This document shows, piece by piece, positions 7,801 to 15,841 of a stretch of DNA of 40,956 bases. The position numbers and the translations under genes are program-made. This DNA comes from a virus. The DNA lies in the IMG/VR virus record IMGVR_UViG_3300045988_162559. One strand, given 5' to 3'. The notes under the pieces are model-generated. The model was given only the letters and a program-made list of their open reading frames with translations, was not told where the DNA came from and did no database searches. How positions within the stretch are numbered: the stretch's first letter is position 1; every line of letters begins with the position of its first letter.

Positions 7801-9540
7801 ACTATAGAAGGGGAAAATACATCACAAGGCGATACCGATAAACCAGGTACTGATGTAGGTAGTGGTGAGACTGCATATTCAGCAGTAGGTACTACCACAG
7901 CCAACTTAAACGTTAGAAAAGGTGCAGGCTCTAGTTATGCAATAATTACAACACTAGCACAGGGCACAAAAGTAAATATAGTGGCTAAAGATAATGCGAC
8001 AGGATGGTATAAAATAACTTATAATGGAGCTTATGGCTATGTATCAAATAAATATATTACTATAGAATCAACAGGTGGAGGAACAACTCCAGATAAAAAC
8101 ACAATTTATGATTTCCCATATGCAGATGAGATGGTAGAAGTTGGGATGACATATTGGAGAGTGTGTGACCAGGAATATACAAGTGGCCAATCATGGTCAC
8201 AAGGTTTTACCTATAGAAGTGCTAATACACCATTAAGTGGAACTTGTAAAGCGGACCAAGATGTTGCAGGGTCATTATGGGAGGCAGTAACTAGAAGTGG
8301 TAAAACTAGACATTATAAGGCGATAGACTGTAGTACATTCTCAGGTATGATGACAAAAGGACTTGAATATGTGAATGGACCATATGCTAATAAAACAAAC
8401 TTTACTAATTTCCGTAAAAATATATTACAGAAAAGCAGTAAAAAATGGGCATTTAATATGGTCAAGGCAGATGGTACATGGGCAAGAGAGGCAGCAGCTC
8501 AATGTGAGTATTTCGATAGAGTTGGCCTTGGAATTGTATATTACAGAAATGTAGATACAGGAAAAACTTACGGAAGCAAAGGCTCAACTGATGATAATTT
8601 CTCACCAATAAAAAAAGGGGACTTAATATTCTATTCTAAAAAAGACTCTAGCGGAAATTGGAAACAACCTAATAGATATATGAAGGTTTCTCATGTAGCA
8701 GTATGTTATGGAGATAATTCTAGTGGTAAAAAGTCAGTTATAGAATCTACAAATGGAACTATGAGTAAAAACCATACGTTCGATGATGGGACAACAATTA
8801 ACGCTGGTATAAGAATAGTTTCAATAGCAGGGACTTCTGGGTATGCTGATGATATCGTAATGGTAGTAAGACCTCAACCTAGCCACTATAATGGAAATAT
8901 TCCAGGAGGTGGAACAGAAAGTGGAGGTACTGGCGGAGGTACAACAGGTGACGGAGTAACTGATACAGGTACTACAGAATATACAAATTGTGTTTCAGAA
9001 CAAGGTACAATAGACGGCAATAAATATGTATATAAATTAAAACAATGTAAAATAACTGCATATGGTGGAGACAGTGGAAGTGCTTGTAATATACCATTGA
9101 ATTTAGGTCGTACTTGTGGTTCATTCAACCTTCCGTATGGAACAAAAGTCTACATTCCAAGCCTTAAAGGTAAAAGTATTACAGACGGAAATGGAAAAAC
9201 AGTAACTTGTGATGGTATATTTACAGTAAACGATACGGGTGTCGGCGGAACAGACTTTGACCTTTACATGAGTACTAAGTCAGATACAAATGCAGAAAGT
9301 GTATTTGGAAATACAAGAAGAGAAGATGTTTACATTCTAAGTTATGGAAGTGGTTATGGATATGCTTGGAGTTATACTAAATCTTATGAATGGGCATATA
9401 AAAATGGCACATTAAGTGCATATAAGGTAGCTTTCAAAGATTACATTAAGTACGGAGGTACATTAATAAACTTCCTTAAATTCAAAAATGATGATGCAAA
9501 TATAAGAAGCTCAACTTATTGGAGCATATTAAACAGTTAA
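4897..9540 (+). CDS. Tail-associated lysin (Tal): endopeptidase-tail N-domain, beta-helix-like middle, SH3b, NlpC/P60-like and 3D domains
   Basis: Position after Dit. SH3b-like segment (NLNVRKGAGSSYAIITTLAQGTKVNIV...GWYKITYNGAYGYVSNKYI). Cys/His pair (IDCSTFSGMM ... SHVAVCYG). C-terminal 3D-domain pattern (ITAYGG...LPYGTKVYIP...TVNDTGVGGTDFDLYM). Confidence 0.8.
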   Translation: MNKAVKICIFNKNTPKETVILSNGDAILDNICTSCKVTENLDGTYGLDAEFIIDDDGLWEYLQEEAILKIKVDYGDEYFRITKPRKTRNRIIIYAIQVTIYETIHLWLNDVRPTGLNGTAAINWILDGAVGVKELEVYSNISASNTAYYEDMNMYKAIHDCDQSFLNRWGGEIQRRGYLLKILDKVGKDRGVQIRSCKNLKGFEANTDVDSITTRIKPKGYDGITINGFIDSPILNNYARAYTKEFTYSDVKVKSSESETEGFNTLEEAQAELKRLAQLEYTENNVDIISADYTIDFVDLSQTEEYKNYIKAEKVYIGDEVSVFESKLNINVVVRAIERKYNVLTQKVEEIKLSNKDIGRKSINDVMIDISKDIEKNDNSIEKWIQSFINSGIKDSYVFYNKEELVVCDSPTIEEAIHVWRFNKNGLAHSANGYQGPYDVALTANGQINANMILAGTLKGQYIDARNMVIKDEDGNVTFSVGSDAIVRMIQGLIDISDEGIRINLQDSEGNIVGYVVYDGQGVQIFTNDDEPISSFHREGSYAEKFVVDRLYCPAVVQVADLNGCPSDWYIGETATGDKTGRDQNNKADSLSTVLRNVKNYGTKFDAKLTIHIEDGCVINEKGLVLQDCMGTVISLKLGANVVINCESFSIEDLSSRIFIEYVSDKRLVGGEITQADYNKYPIINSTSDDSVISVRHVDYIEIRGIRFEGVEGATGIKGLAGTNLVVDDCDFFGVDQCLKADGSSNVSLGWCSGNVDKLASIYNGSILTTSRRIPKYSNEEMVYVAENAIFIKSQYSYVQYDTLHSSSGSSSGGSGTNLNDVFSIPTSNLYTMVEGTGKVTSARKGYTGQGKYKTLKAHRGYIKLPITSIQSVMANKKSYTLKLKLTRLKTEHGYDSKTPHPIFRATGGSAGATDYWDSNVKFARGETQTLTLPTSIVQAIEKGADTLELWASSNQEQQYAFFGDVVLTIEGENTSQGDTDKPGTDVGSGETAYSAVGTTTANLNVRKGAGSSYAIITTLAQGTKVNIVAKDNATGWYKITYNGAYGYVSNKYITIESTGGGTTPDKNTIYDFPYADEMVEVGMTYWRVCDQEYTSGQSWSQGFTYRSANTPLSGTCKADQDVAGSLWEAVTRSGKTRHYKAIDCSTFSGMMTKGLEYVNGPYANKTNFTNFRKNILQKSSKKWAFNMVKADGTWAREAAAQCEYFDRVGLGIVYYRNVDTGKTYGSKGSTDDNFSPIKKGDLIFYSKKDSSGNWKQPNRYMKVSHVAVCYGDNSSGKKSVIESTNGTMSKNHTFDDGTTINAGIRIVSIAGTSGYADDIVMVVRPQPSHYNGNIPGGGTESGGTGGGTTGDGVTDTGTTEYTNCVSEQGTIDGNKYVYKLKQCKITAYGGDSGSACNIPLNLGRTCGSFNLPYGTKVYIPSLKGKSITDGNGKTVTCDGIFTVNDTGVGGTDFDLYMSTKSDTNAESVFGNTRREDVYILSYGSGYGYAWSYTKSYEWAYKNGTLSAYKVAFKDYIKYGGTLINFLKFKNDDANIRSSTYWSILNS

Positions 9541-9554
9541 TAGGAGGTGTTAAC

Positions 9555-12500
9555 TTGATTAAGTATGATTATGAAATAACTGTAAATGGAAATCAAGCAA
9601 AATTAAATAAAGACATATATTTATTCAGAGGAAATAAGAATGTACATTATTATTTTGCTGTAAAAAATGCTTCTTTTAATTTTAAAGGAAGTACAGATTT
9701 AATAGAAAAAACAAACGCAATAAACGCAGCTGTAACGGTTATAAAACCGAATAATGTAGAAGTAGCAAGTGCAATTGCAAAAGTTGAAAATGGGAAAATA
9801 CACCTTAAGGTAACAGAAGATCTAATCGATGAAGAAGTAGAAGTCGGAGATTTTGATTTGGTATTTGATTTGTTCGATGATACTGACGGGGCAGTAACAA
9901 TTCCAAAAGTAATAGGACAATTCCATGTACTAGAAAGACCATGCACAACTCCCATTTCCGAATTGGTAGCAACTAACACAACAAATGAAGTAGACCAGGC
10001 TCTAACGGATTATGCTATTGTTACTTATGCAGAGCCTGTAGCTTCTACAAATGCAGACGGAACTTTTGCTAAAAAAACATGGGTAGCAAAAGAAAAAATT
10101 ACAACAGCAGAGTTAAACAGAATGGAAGAAGGTATAAGCGATGTTAGTTCGCAATGTAAAGATATTGCGAACAATTTTAAATTAGTTGCAGGCGCTAATA
10201 ACGCTATAAAATTAATGTTCGGAACAAAAGAACTATCTAGTATTACCATAAATGGTGGTACAGTAGACCCAACGCCAACACCTAATACTTATACTGTAAC
10301 TAATAATTTGTCCAACGCTAGTACCTCAAATAGTGCTACATCTGTAAAAGAAGGTACATTTTATAGTGCTACCATAACTGCTAGTAGTGGATATAGATTA
10401 AAATCTGTAACAGTAATTATGGGCGGTGTAGATATAACAAGTTCTGTATATTCGAATGGTAGAATATCTATATCTGATGTTACTGGAAATATTAGTATAA
10501 CAGTTACAACTGAATATATTACAAGTGAAATAACAACATATACCATAACTAACAATCTATCACATGCTAGAAATAGTAATACCGCAACAACTATAGAAGA
10601 AAAGTCTTCTTATAATGCTACTATAACTGCTGATAGCAATTATAGAATAAAAAATGTAACAGTAACTATGTACGGCACAGATATTACAAATGATGTCTAT
10701 TCAGGTGGTAAAATAATTATACCTAGAGTTATTGGAAATATTGTCATAACAGTTACTACTGAATACGTTTCAGGTGGAGGAGATGAGTCAAACTTAGACG
10801 GACTATTAAAAGATAGATTATTAGTATGGCATGATGAATTTGATGGTCAAACACTAGATACTAGCAAATGGAGATATGCAACTCATAATAGTGGTGGTAG
10901 TGAACAACAAGCGTACACTGTAGGTAGAACAGAAAATGTAAGAATAGCTTCTAGCAACTTAATACTAGAAGCAAAAAAAGACGGCTATGTTAGTGGTTAT
11001 ACTTGGAGTAGTGGACGTATAGACACTAGTGGTTTAGCAGGATTCCGATATGGAAGGCTAGAAGCTAAGCTAAGATATGACGTAAAAACTGGTTCATTTC
11101 CTGCTTTCTGGACAATTGGTACTTGCGCATATTATCCAACAGGTACAGATGTTCATGGTGTTCATAAGAGTAAAGGAACTCAATGGGCACAAAATGGTGA
11201 AATAGATATGTTTGAAGGTAGAGGAACTAATAGTGAAATCAGTCAAGGTGGCTGGTATAATCAAGATGACGGAAAAGGCAATATGAACATGGTATTTGGT
11301 ACTAAAAATATTGATGCTTCTCAATATCATGTATATGCTGTAGAATGGACAGAAACAACAATTATCGCATATATAGACGGTGTTGAAACTGGAAGAAAAA
11401 ATATATCTGATATAACATCATGGCATAGACCTCAATATATCATATTAAATATGGCAGTTGGTTCTACAGGTGGATATCCTGCTGATGACTGTACTTCAAT
11501 GAAAATGGAAGTTGATTGGGTTAGAGTTTATGCACCAGTTGGAGTTACAGAAAAAACAGAGGTTCAATCTATTACATTAAGTCAAAATAATTTATCATTT
11601 AATATGGGTGATGACCCAATAGATGTATATTATACTGTAAATCCTTCTACAGCTTGGGATAATAATGTTAACTATGAATCTAACAACCCTAATGTGGCGA
11701 CTGCTTATGGTTCAAGAATAACTCCTGTGGGTACAGGTAATTGTAAAATAACAGCTAGAGCAACTAATGGAGTTACAGCGACTATTAATGTAACTGTGGC
11801 ACAAAATACAAGTATAAATGCTGAAAGTATTGCATTAAATAAAAATACATTATCAATCTATAATGGAACTAACAGTACACTTATTGCAACTGCTACACCT
11901 GCTAACCATACTGATTCGATTCTTTGGAAATCAAGTAATACTAATGTAGCGACAGTAAGTAATGGCGTTGTTACAGGTAAAACTAAAGGTGTTTGTACTA
12001 TAACAGCTTATTCTAGTGCAAATTCGAGTGTAAAAGCTGATTGTTCTGTAACAGTCAAAGAGGCTGTGCAGTTAACAGGACACCCAACATCAGGATTAAC
12101 TCTTCAATTAGATAGAAATGGTATGTCTAGTACGTCATGGACAAATGCAATAGATAATACTCCACTACAATGGAAAGTTGCTAATAATAACTCATCAGAT
12201 ATAGCTTCATATATGGTATTTGACGGAAATAGTTTCTATTGGGCAGGAGCAAACTATAAAGACCATTTAACATTAAGTGGATTTAGCCGTTATTATGACT
12301 TTGGAGAATCACAAACTGTAATACTTGCAGGTGATTTTACGAACGTAAAAAATCCTATCTTATCAAATAAGCAAAAATTATCACAAAATACTAATCTAGC
12401 TTGTATGAACAACAACGGAATAACATATTCTGATGCAAGTGGTGCTAAATTAGGCTCAATAAATTTAACTACATCAGAACAAAATTATAATATAAATGGT

Positions 12501-12752
12501 TGTATAGCATTACGTTACAATAAGACATCTTTAAGAGTAGATACTGATACTATGGCGTTTACTGGTAGTACTGTAACAAATAAAAATATTACATTATCAT
12601 CAGCATTTAGCCAAGGTAGTTACCCTGCATTGTTAGGAAATGTTAGTACAGCTGGAATATACTTTAAAGTAGTATTAGTATATAATAGAGTATTATCAGA
12701 TACAGAAATACAAACAGCTATGCGAGCTATAAAAACTTTTTTAAATTCGTAA
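9555..12752 (+). CDS. Receptor-binding/baseplate protein: BppU-like N-terminus, duplicated 77-aa domain, GH16-like glycoside hydrolase, two Big_2-like domains, lectin-like C-terminus
   Basis: The TTG start at 9555 lies 7 nt after AGGAGG; the track ORF from 9519 overlaps the Tal end. GH16 signature LVWHDEFDG...NGEIDMFEG (11196..11219)...VDWVRVY. Big_2-like repeats (ITLSQNNLS..., IALNKNTLS...). Confidence 0.7.
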   Translation: MIKYDYEITVNGNQAKLNKDIYLFRGNKNVHYYFAVKNASFNFKGSTDLIEKTNAINAAVTVIKPNNVEVASAIAKVENGKIHLKVTEDLIDEEVEVGDFDLVFDLFDDTDGAVTIPKVIGQFHVLERPCTTPISELVATNTTNEVDQALTDYAIVTYAEPVASTNADGTFAKKTWVAKEKITTAELNRMEEGISDVSSQCKDIANNFKLVAGANNAIKLMFGTKELSSITINGGTVDPTPTPNTYTVTNNLSNASTSNSATSVKEGTFYSATITASSGYRLKSVTVIMGGVDITSSVYSNGRISISDVTGNISITVTTEYITSEITTYTITNNLSHARNSNTATTIEEKSSYNATITADSNYRIKNVTVTMYGTDITNDVYSGGKIIIPRVIGNIVITVTTEYVSGGGDESNLDGLLKDRLLVWHDEFDGQTLDTSKWRYATHNSGGSEQQAYTVGRTENVRIASSNLILEAKKDGYVSGYTWSSGRIDTSGLAGFRYGRLEAKLRYDVKTGSFPAFWTIGTCAYYPTGTDVHGVHKSKGTQWAQNGEIDMFEGRGTNSEISQGGWYNQDDGKGNMNMVFGTKNIDASQYHVYAVEWTETTIIAYIDGVETGRKNISDITSWHRPQYIILNMAVGSTGGYPADDCTSMKMEVDWVRVYAPVGVTEKTEVQSITLSQNNLSFNMGDDPIDVYYTVNPSTAWDNNVNYESNNPNVATAYGSRITPVGTGNCKITARATNGVTATINVTVAQNTSINAESIALNKNTLSIYNGTNSTLIATATPANHTDSILWKSSNTNVATVSNGVVTGKTKGVCTITAYSSANSSVKADCSVTVKEAVQLTGHPTSGLTLQLDRNGMSSTSWTNAIDNTPLQWKVANNNSSDIASYMVFDGNSFYWAGANYKDHLTLSGFSRYYDFGESQTVILAGDFTNVKNPILSNKQKLSQNTNLACMNNNGITYSDASGAKLGSINLTTSEQNYNINGCIALRYNKTSLRVDTDTMAFTGSTVTNKNITLSSAFSQGSYPALLGNVSTAGIYFKVVLVYNRVLSDTEIQTAMRAIKTFLNS
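10287..10766 (+). repeat. Tandem duplication of a 231-nt (77-aa) domain within the RBP gene (10287..10517 and 10536..10766)
   Basis: TYTVTNNLSNAS...ISITVTTEY against TYTITNNLSHAR...IVITVTTEY. The two copies are collinear throughout. Confidence 0.85.
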
Positions 12753-12923
12753 TCTAAAAATATTATGAACTAATTTACCAAGTAAGTAAGATCATAGAGC
12801 AGTTAAAAAATGGTATTTAAACCAACTTATAGTATAATAACTGTAAGGGGGTGAAAAAGATGTAAAATGTGAGAATACAAAAAATAAAAACAACTATATA
12901 ATTAAAAAAACTAAATCTATTTT

Positions 12924-12957
12924 AAAAAGGACTGTAGCGGTACAGTCCTTTTTTATT
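12924..12957 (+). terminator. Rho-independent terminator after the tail module
   Basis: aaaaaggactgta-gcgg-tacagtccttttt followed by a T run. Confidence 0.8.
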
Positions 12958-12975
12958 TACAGAAAGGAATTTTGC

Positions 12976-13209
12976 ATGAATGATGAATGGTTAAAAGACA
13001 CACTAAAGAGACACGATGAAAGGCTGCAAAGACATTCTGAAAGAATAGACAAACTAGAAAATACACAGTCTGAAATGGCAGTAAAAATAGAAAATCTATG
13101 CAATACTATAGACAAATTAGCAAGCAACTTAAACAAACTAACTTATGCAATTATAACAGCATTGGTTAGTTTTTTCTTTTATGCAATACAAAATAATTTA
13201 TTTAATTAA
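12976..13209 (+). CDS. xhlA: XhlA-family lysis-associated protein
   Basis: 77 aa with an N-terminal coiled coil (RHDERLQRHSERIDKLE) and a single C-terminal TM segment. It lies immediately upstream of the holin. Confidence 0.6.
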   Translation: MNDEWLKDTLKRHDERLQRHSERIDKLENTQSEMAVKIENLCNTIDKLASNLNKLTYAIITALVSFFFYAIQNNLFN

Positions 13210-13221
13210 TAGGAGGTAGTT

Positions 13222-13479
13222 ATGTTTGATTTAAATTTATTAGGTAGCTATTTAGTTTTAGTAGTAGTAGGTATTTGTGTATGTGTAGGATATGTTATAA
13301 AAACAAGTTTTAGTTTTATAGATAATAAATACATACCTTGCATCATGGCACTTTTAGGGTGTGCTTTAAACATATGGATAGCTGGATATGTAAGTCCAGA
13401 AGTTATACTTGGTGGATTATTTTCAGGACTTGCTTCTGTAGGCTTACATCAAACTTTTAAGAACTTGATAGAAAAATAG
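13222..13479 (+). CDS. Holin (Hol44-like small holin)
   Basis: 85 aa with RBS AGGAGG and 2-3 hydrophobic segments (NKYIPCIMALLG..., GLASVGLHQTFKN). It lies between xhlA and the endolysin. Confidence 0.7.
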   Translation: MFDLNLLGSYLVLVVVGICVCVGYVIKTSFSFIDNKYIPCIMALLGCALNIWIAGYVSPEVILGGLFSGLASVGLHQTFKNLIEK

Positions 13480-13576
13480 ATATAAATACTTTATAAGGTA
13501 ACTGTAAGGTGCTTAGAGAACCGATAAGAAGGTCGATTTTTTAAGCATCTTTTATTTTCAGAAAGGAAGTGTTATT

Positions 13577-14452
13577 ATGAGTAAAAAATATTTAGTAGCT
13601 ATAGATGCAGGACATGGTATGCATACAGAAGGTAAACAATCAGTACCAATGTCAAAAAATTTGTATATAGATAATGAATTAGTAAGAGCAAAAGGAAAGA
13701 TCATCAAAGAAAATGAATGGAACAGAGGTGTAAGCGAATACTTATCAGCTGCACTAAAAAGATGTGGTATAGATACAATGTTTACAGCAGATATGACAGG
13801 TAAAACAGATATTGCCTTGTCTACTAGAGCAAGTAAAGCTAATAAAGCTAAAGCAGATATATTAATTTCAAATCACTATAATGCAATAGGAAGCTGTGCT
13901 AAATGGCAAACTCGAGTTAAAGGGTTATTAGTATTAAGAACTAAAAATTGTTCTGAAAAATCTATAAAATTAGGAAAATTAGCAGTTAAGCATCTTAAAA
14001 AAGACATAGACTATGAATATAGTTATGGTTTAATGCGCGATGTAGATATGAGTGGATTTACATTAGCTATACTTAGACAAACAACAATGCCAGCAATATT
14101 AATCGAGTATGGTTTTATGGATTATTGGAATGAAGCAAAACTTATGCTTGATAAAAAACATCAAGAAAAATGTGCTGAAGCAGTTTGTAAGTCAGTATGT
14201 GAATATTTCGGAGTAACTTATATAGCAGAAAAGCAAGAAGCTAATAAAACTAAGTATGTTAGAATATTACAAGATATAAACATACATAGCAAACCAGATT
14301 TTGATGCTGCTAATGTAATAGGTAAAGTTACTGCTGGTGGAGCTTATACTGTAGTAGAAACTATAAAAAGAACTGGAACAGATATGTATAAACTAAAATC
14401 AGGAGTATATATAACAGCATCACCAAAATATGTAGAAGTGTTTTATAAATAG
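13577..14452 (+). CDS. Endolysin, N-acetylmuramoyl-L-alanine amidase (Amidase_3) with a C-terminal SH3-like binding domain
   Basis: AIDAGHG...ISNHYNA...LIEYGFMD motifs. The C-terminus YVRILQDINIHSKPDF...YKLKSGVYITASPKYV is SH3-like. Confidence 0.85.
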   Translation: MSKKYLVAIDAGHGMHTEGKQSVPMSKNLYIDNELVRAKGKIIKENEWNRGVSEYLSAALKRCGIDTMFTADMTGKTDIALSTRASKANKAKADILISNHYNAIGSCAKWQTRVKGLLVLRTKNCSEKSIKLGKLAVKHLKKDIDYEYSYGLMRDVDMSGFTLAILRQTTMPAILIEYGFMDYWNEAKLMLDKKHQEKCAEAVCKSVCEYFGVTYIAEKQEANKTKYVRILQDINIHSKPDFDAANVIGKVTAGGAYTVVETIKRTGTDMYKLKSGVYITASPKYVEVFYK

Positions 14453-14463
14453 GATTATCGGAC

Positions 14464-14513
14464 GCGACCGATAGCGACCGATAGCGACCGATAGCGACCG
14501 ATAGCGACCGATA
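14464..14513. repeat. Five perfect tandem copies of the 10-bp unit GCGACCGATA (iteron-like)
   Basis: Read directly. An inverted half-copy TATCGG at 14456..14461 precedes it. Each unit is 60% GC in a strongly AT-rich genome. Confidence 0.95.
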
Positions 14514-14566
14514 ATGTATAAATATTTCAAATACAGTCGATACTTCTAATAAAGGAGGTGTCGGCC

Positions 14567-14650
14567 ATGAAAAAAATAGCATTGGAAATAACAGGGCGCA
14601 TTGCATATCTAGGAATTGGAGTAGCAAGTGCTATATTAATAATGATGTAA
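14567..14650 (+). CDS. 27-aa hydrophobic peptide (MKKIALEITGRIAYLGIGVASAILIMM), possibly a type I toxin-like or small membrane peptide
   Basis: Strong RBS AAAGGAGGTG lies 6 nt before the ATG. There is one TM-like segment. A hairpin follows at 14656..14678 (ggccaaggg-attat-cccttagcc). Confidence 0.5.
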   Translation: MKKIALEITGRIAYLGIGVASAILIMM

Positions 14651-14956
14651 TGGTAGGCCAAGGGATTATCCCTTAGCCTATTATAATTTACTAGCTTTGT
14701 ACTGATAGTTAACCTTTTTATAAAAAAATGATAAAAAGCTTGTCCACGTATATTTTTGAATTTATATGATATTAAAATTAAACTGGATAAATGAAAAATT
14801 AAAATATAAAACAATGCTATACCCAAAATACGAAATATATAATAAATAAATATAAGTAAAATATAAAAAAAATATAAAAAATCTAAAAAAAGTGTATAAA
14901 AATTTTTGAACTGGAAATAATATAAGTATAATAAATAAGAATTAAATAAAAATATA

Positions 14957-15012
14957 TCCCTGTTACTTTAGTTATTTTTAATTTCAAATTGAAACGGGAA
15001 AAAATAACTAAA
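14957..15012. repeat. Nested inverted repeat: 13-bp perfect arms (14967..14979 / 15000..15012) enclosing the palindrome tttcaaattgaaa (14982..14994)
   Basis: tttagttattttt and aaaaataactaaa are exact reverse complements. tccctgtt/aacggga gives an alternative pairing. Confidence 0.9.
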
Positions 15013-15030
15013 AATAAAAGATGGGGGAGT

Positions 15031-15080
15031 CTGCGCGGCGGGGCCAATAAATAAAAAGAAATTGGCGCTGCTTTTTATTT
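15031..15080 (+). terminator. Terminator-like hairpin in a GC-rich island (gccaat-N12-attggc, then gctgc and a T run)
   Basis: gggggagtctgcgcggcggggccaat...attggcgctgcttttt. No annotated gene lies directly upstream, so it may end an sRNA. Confidence 0.4.
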
Positions 15081-15265
15081 ATTTAAACCACTCGATTGTA
15101 CAAGCCTAACTCTAGCGATATCAACAAAAAATAGTGTGAAGCGCAAAAAACACACTTCACATAATCAATCACATAGTTAATCAAATAAATTTCACAAAGT
15201 AGTCAAATATGTGAACCGTATTGCATATATATATTAAATATAAAAAGAAAAAGGGGGAAAATAAT

Positions 15266-15841
15266 ATGCAAGAACGAGATTTAAAAATTTTAAGTTTTTT
15301 AACTATGTGTAGAATATGTACTAGAAAACAAGTACAGGAATTATTATTTCCAGATGTACATGAAAATATACCACTTAGAAGATTAAAAAAATTAACTGAT
15401 GAAGGTTATATAAATAGAAAGATGTTTAATGTAGAAGGTACTAAGAATATGTACGTATACTATCTTGATAAACAACCTAAAAAGAAATTAATAACACATG
15501 ATCTTTATATAACTGATTTTTTAGTGAAGCTTATAAAGAATGAATATGAAATTTTAGATTTTAAGAAGAGTCCACAAATAGGCAATATAATTCCAGATGC
15601 ATACTTGAAGATAAGAAAAAATAAAAGAATAAAACGAATTTTACTTGAAGTCCAAATAAGTCCTAATGACTGCTTATCAAAATATAAAGAAATTAAAGAG
15701 ATAATAATAGAAAATACAGATTGGCCTGTTATGCCTATATTATATGTTATTAATAATCAAGGCTTAAATAAAAGAATGAAAGATATAAAAGTTATATATG
15801 ATAGCATAAAAATAGAAAAGGTAGGTGATATAATTGATTAA
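15266..15841 (+). CDS. Replication-relaxation family-like protein (N-terminal wHTH plus a PD-(D/E)xK-like core)
   Basis: The ATG at 15266 follows GGGGGA; the track ORF begins upstream at 15221. RDLKILSFLTMCRICTRKQVQELLF...LRRLKKLTDEGYI is wHTH-like. THDLYITDF...IIPDAYLKI...ILLEVQIS is nuclease-fold-like. Confidence 0.6.
   Translation: MQERDLKILSFLTMCRICTRKQVQELLFPDVHENIPLRRLKKLTDEGYINRKMFNVEGTKNMYVYYLDKQPKKKLITHDLYITDFLVKLIKNEYEILDFKKSPQIGNIIPDAYLKIRKNKRIKRILLEVQISPNDCLSKYKEIKEIIIENTDWPVMPILYVINNQGLNKRMKDIKVIYDSIKIEKVGDIID

Noticed and set aside
9519-9554. Track start at 9519 for the receptor-binding protein
   Set aside because: That start lies inside the Tal coding region. A TTG at 9555 sits 7 nt after a perfect AGGAGG located just past the Tal stop.
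14464-14513. The 10-bp tandem array as a CRISPR array
   Set aside because: The units are contiguous with no spacers and are far shorter than CRISPR repeats. No cas genes are present.
14361-14826. Minus-strand ORFs 14361..14627 (88 aa) and 14527..14826 (99 aa)
   Set aside because: Neither has an RBS. The first overlaps the endolysin 3' end and simply translates the tandem repeat (RYRSLSVA...). The second needs a TTG start in an A/T run and is antisense to a peptide gene with a strong RBS.
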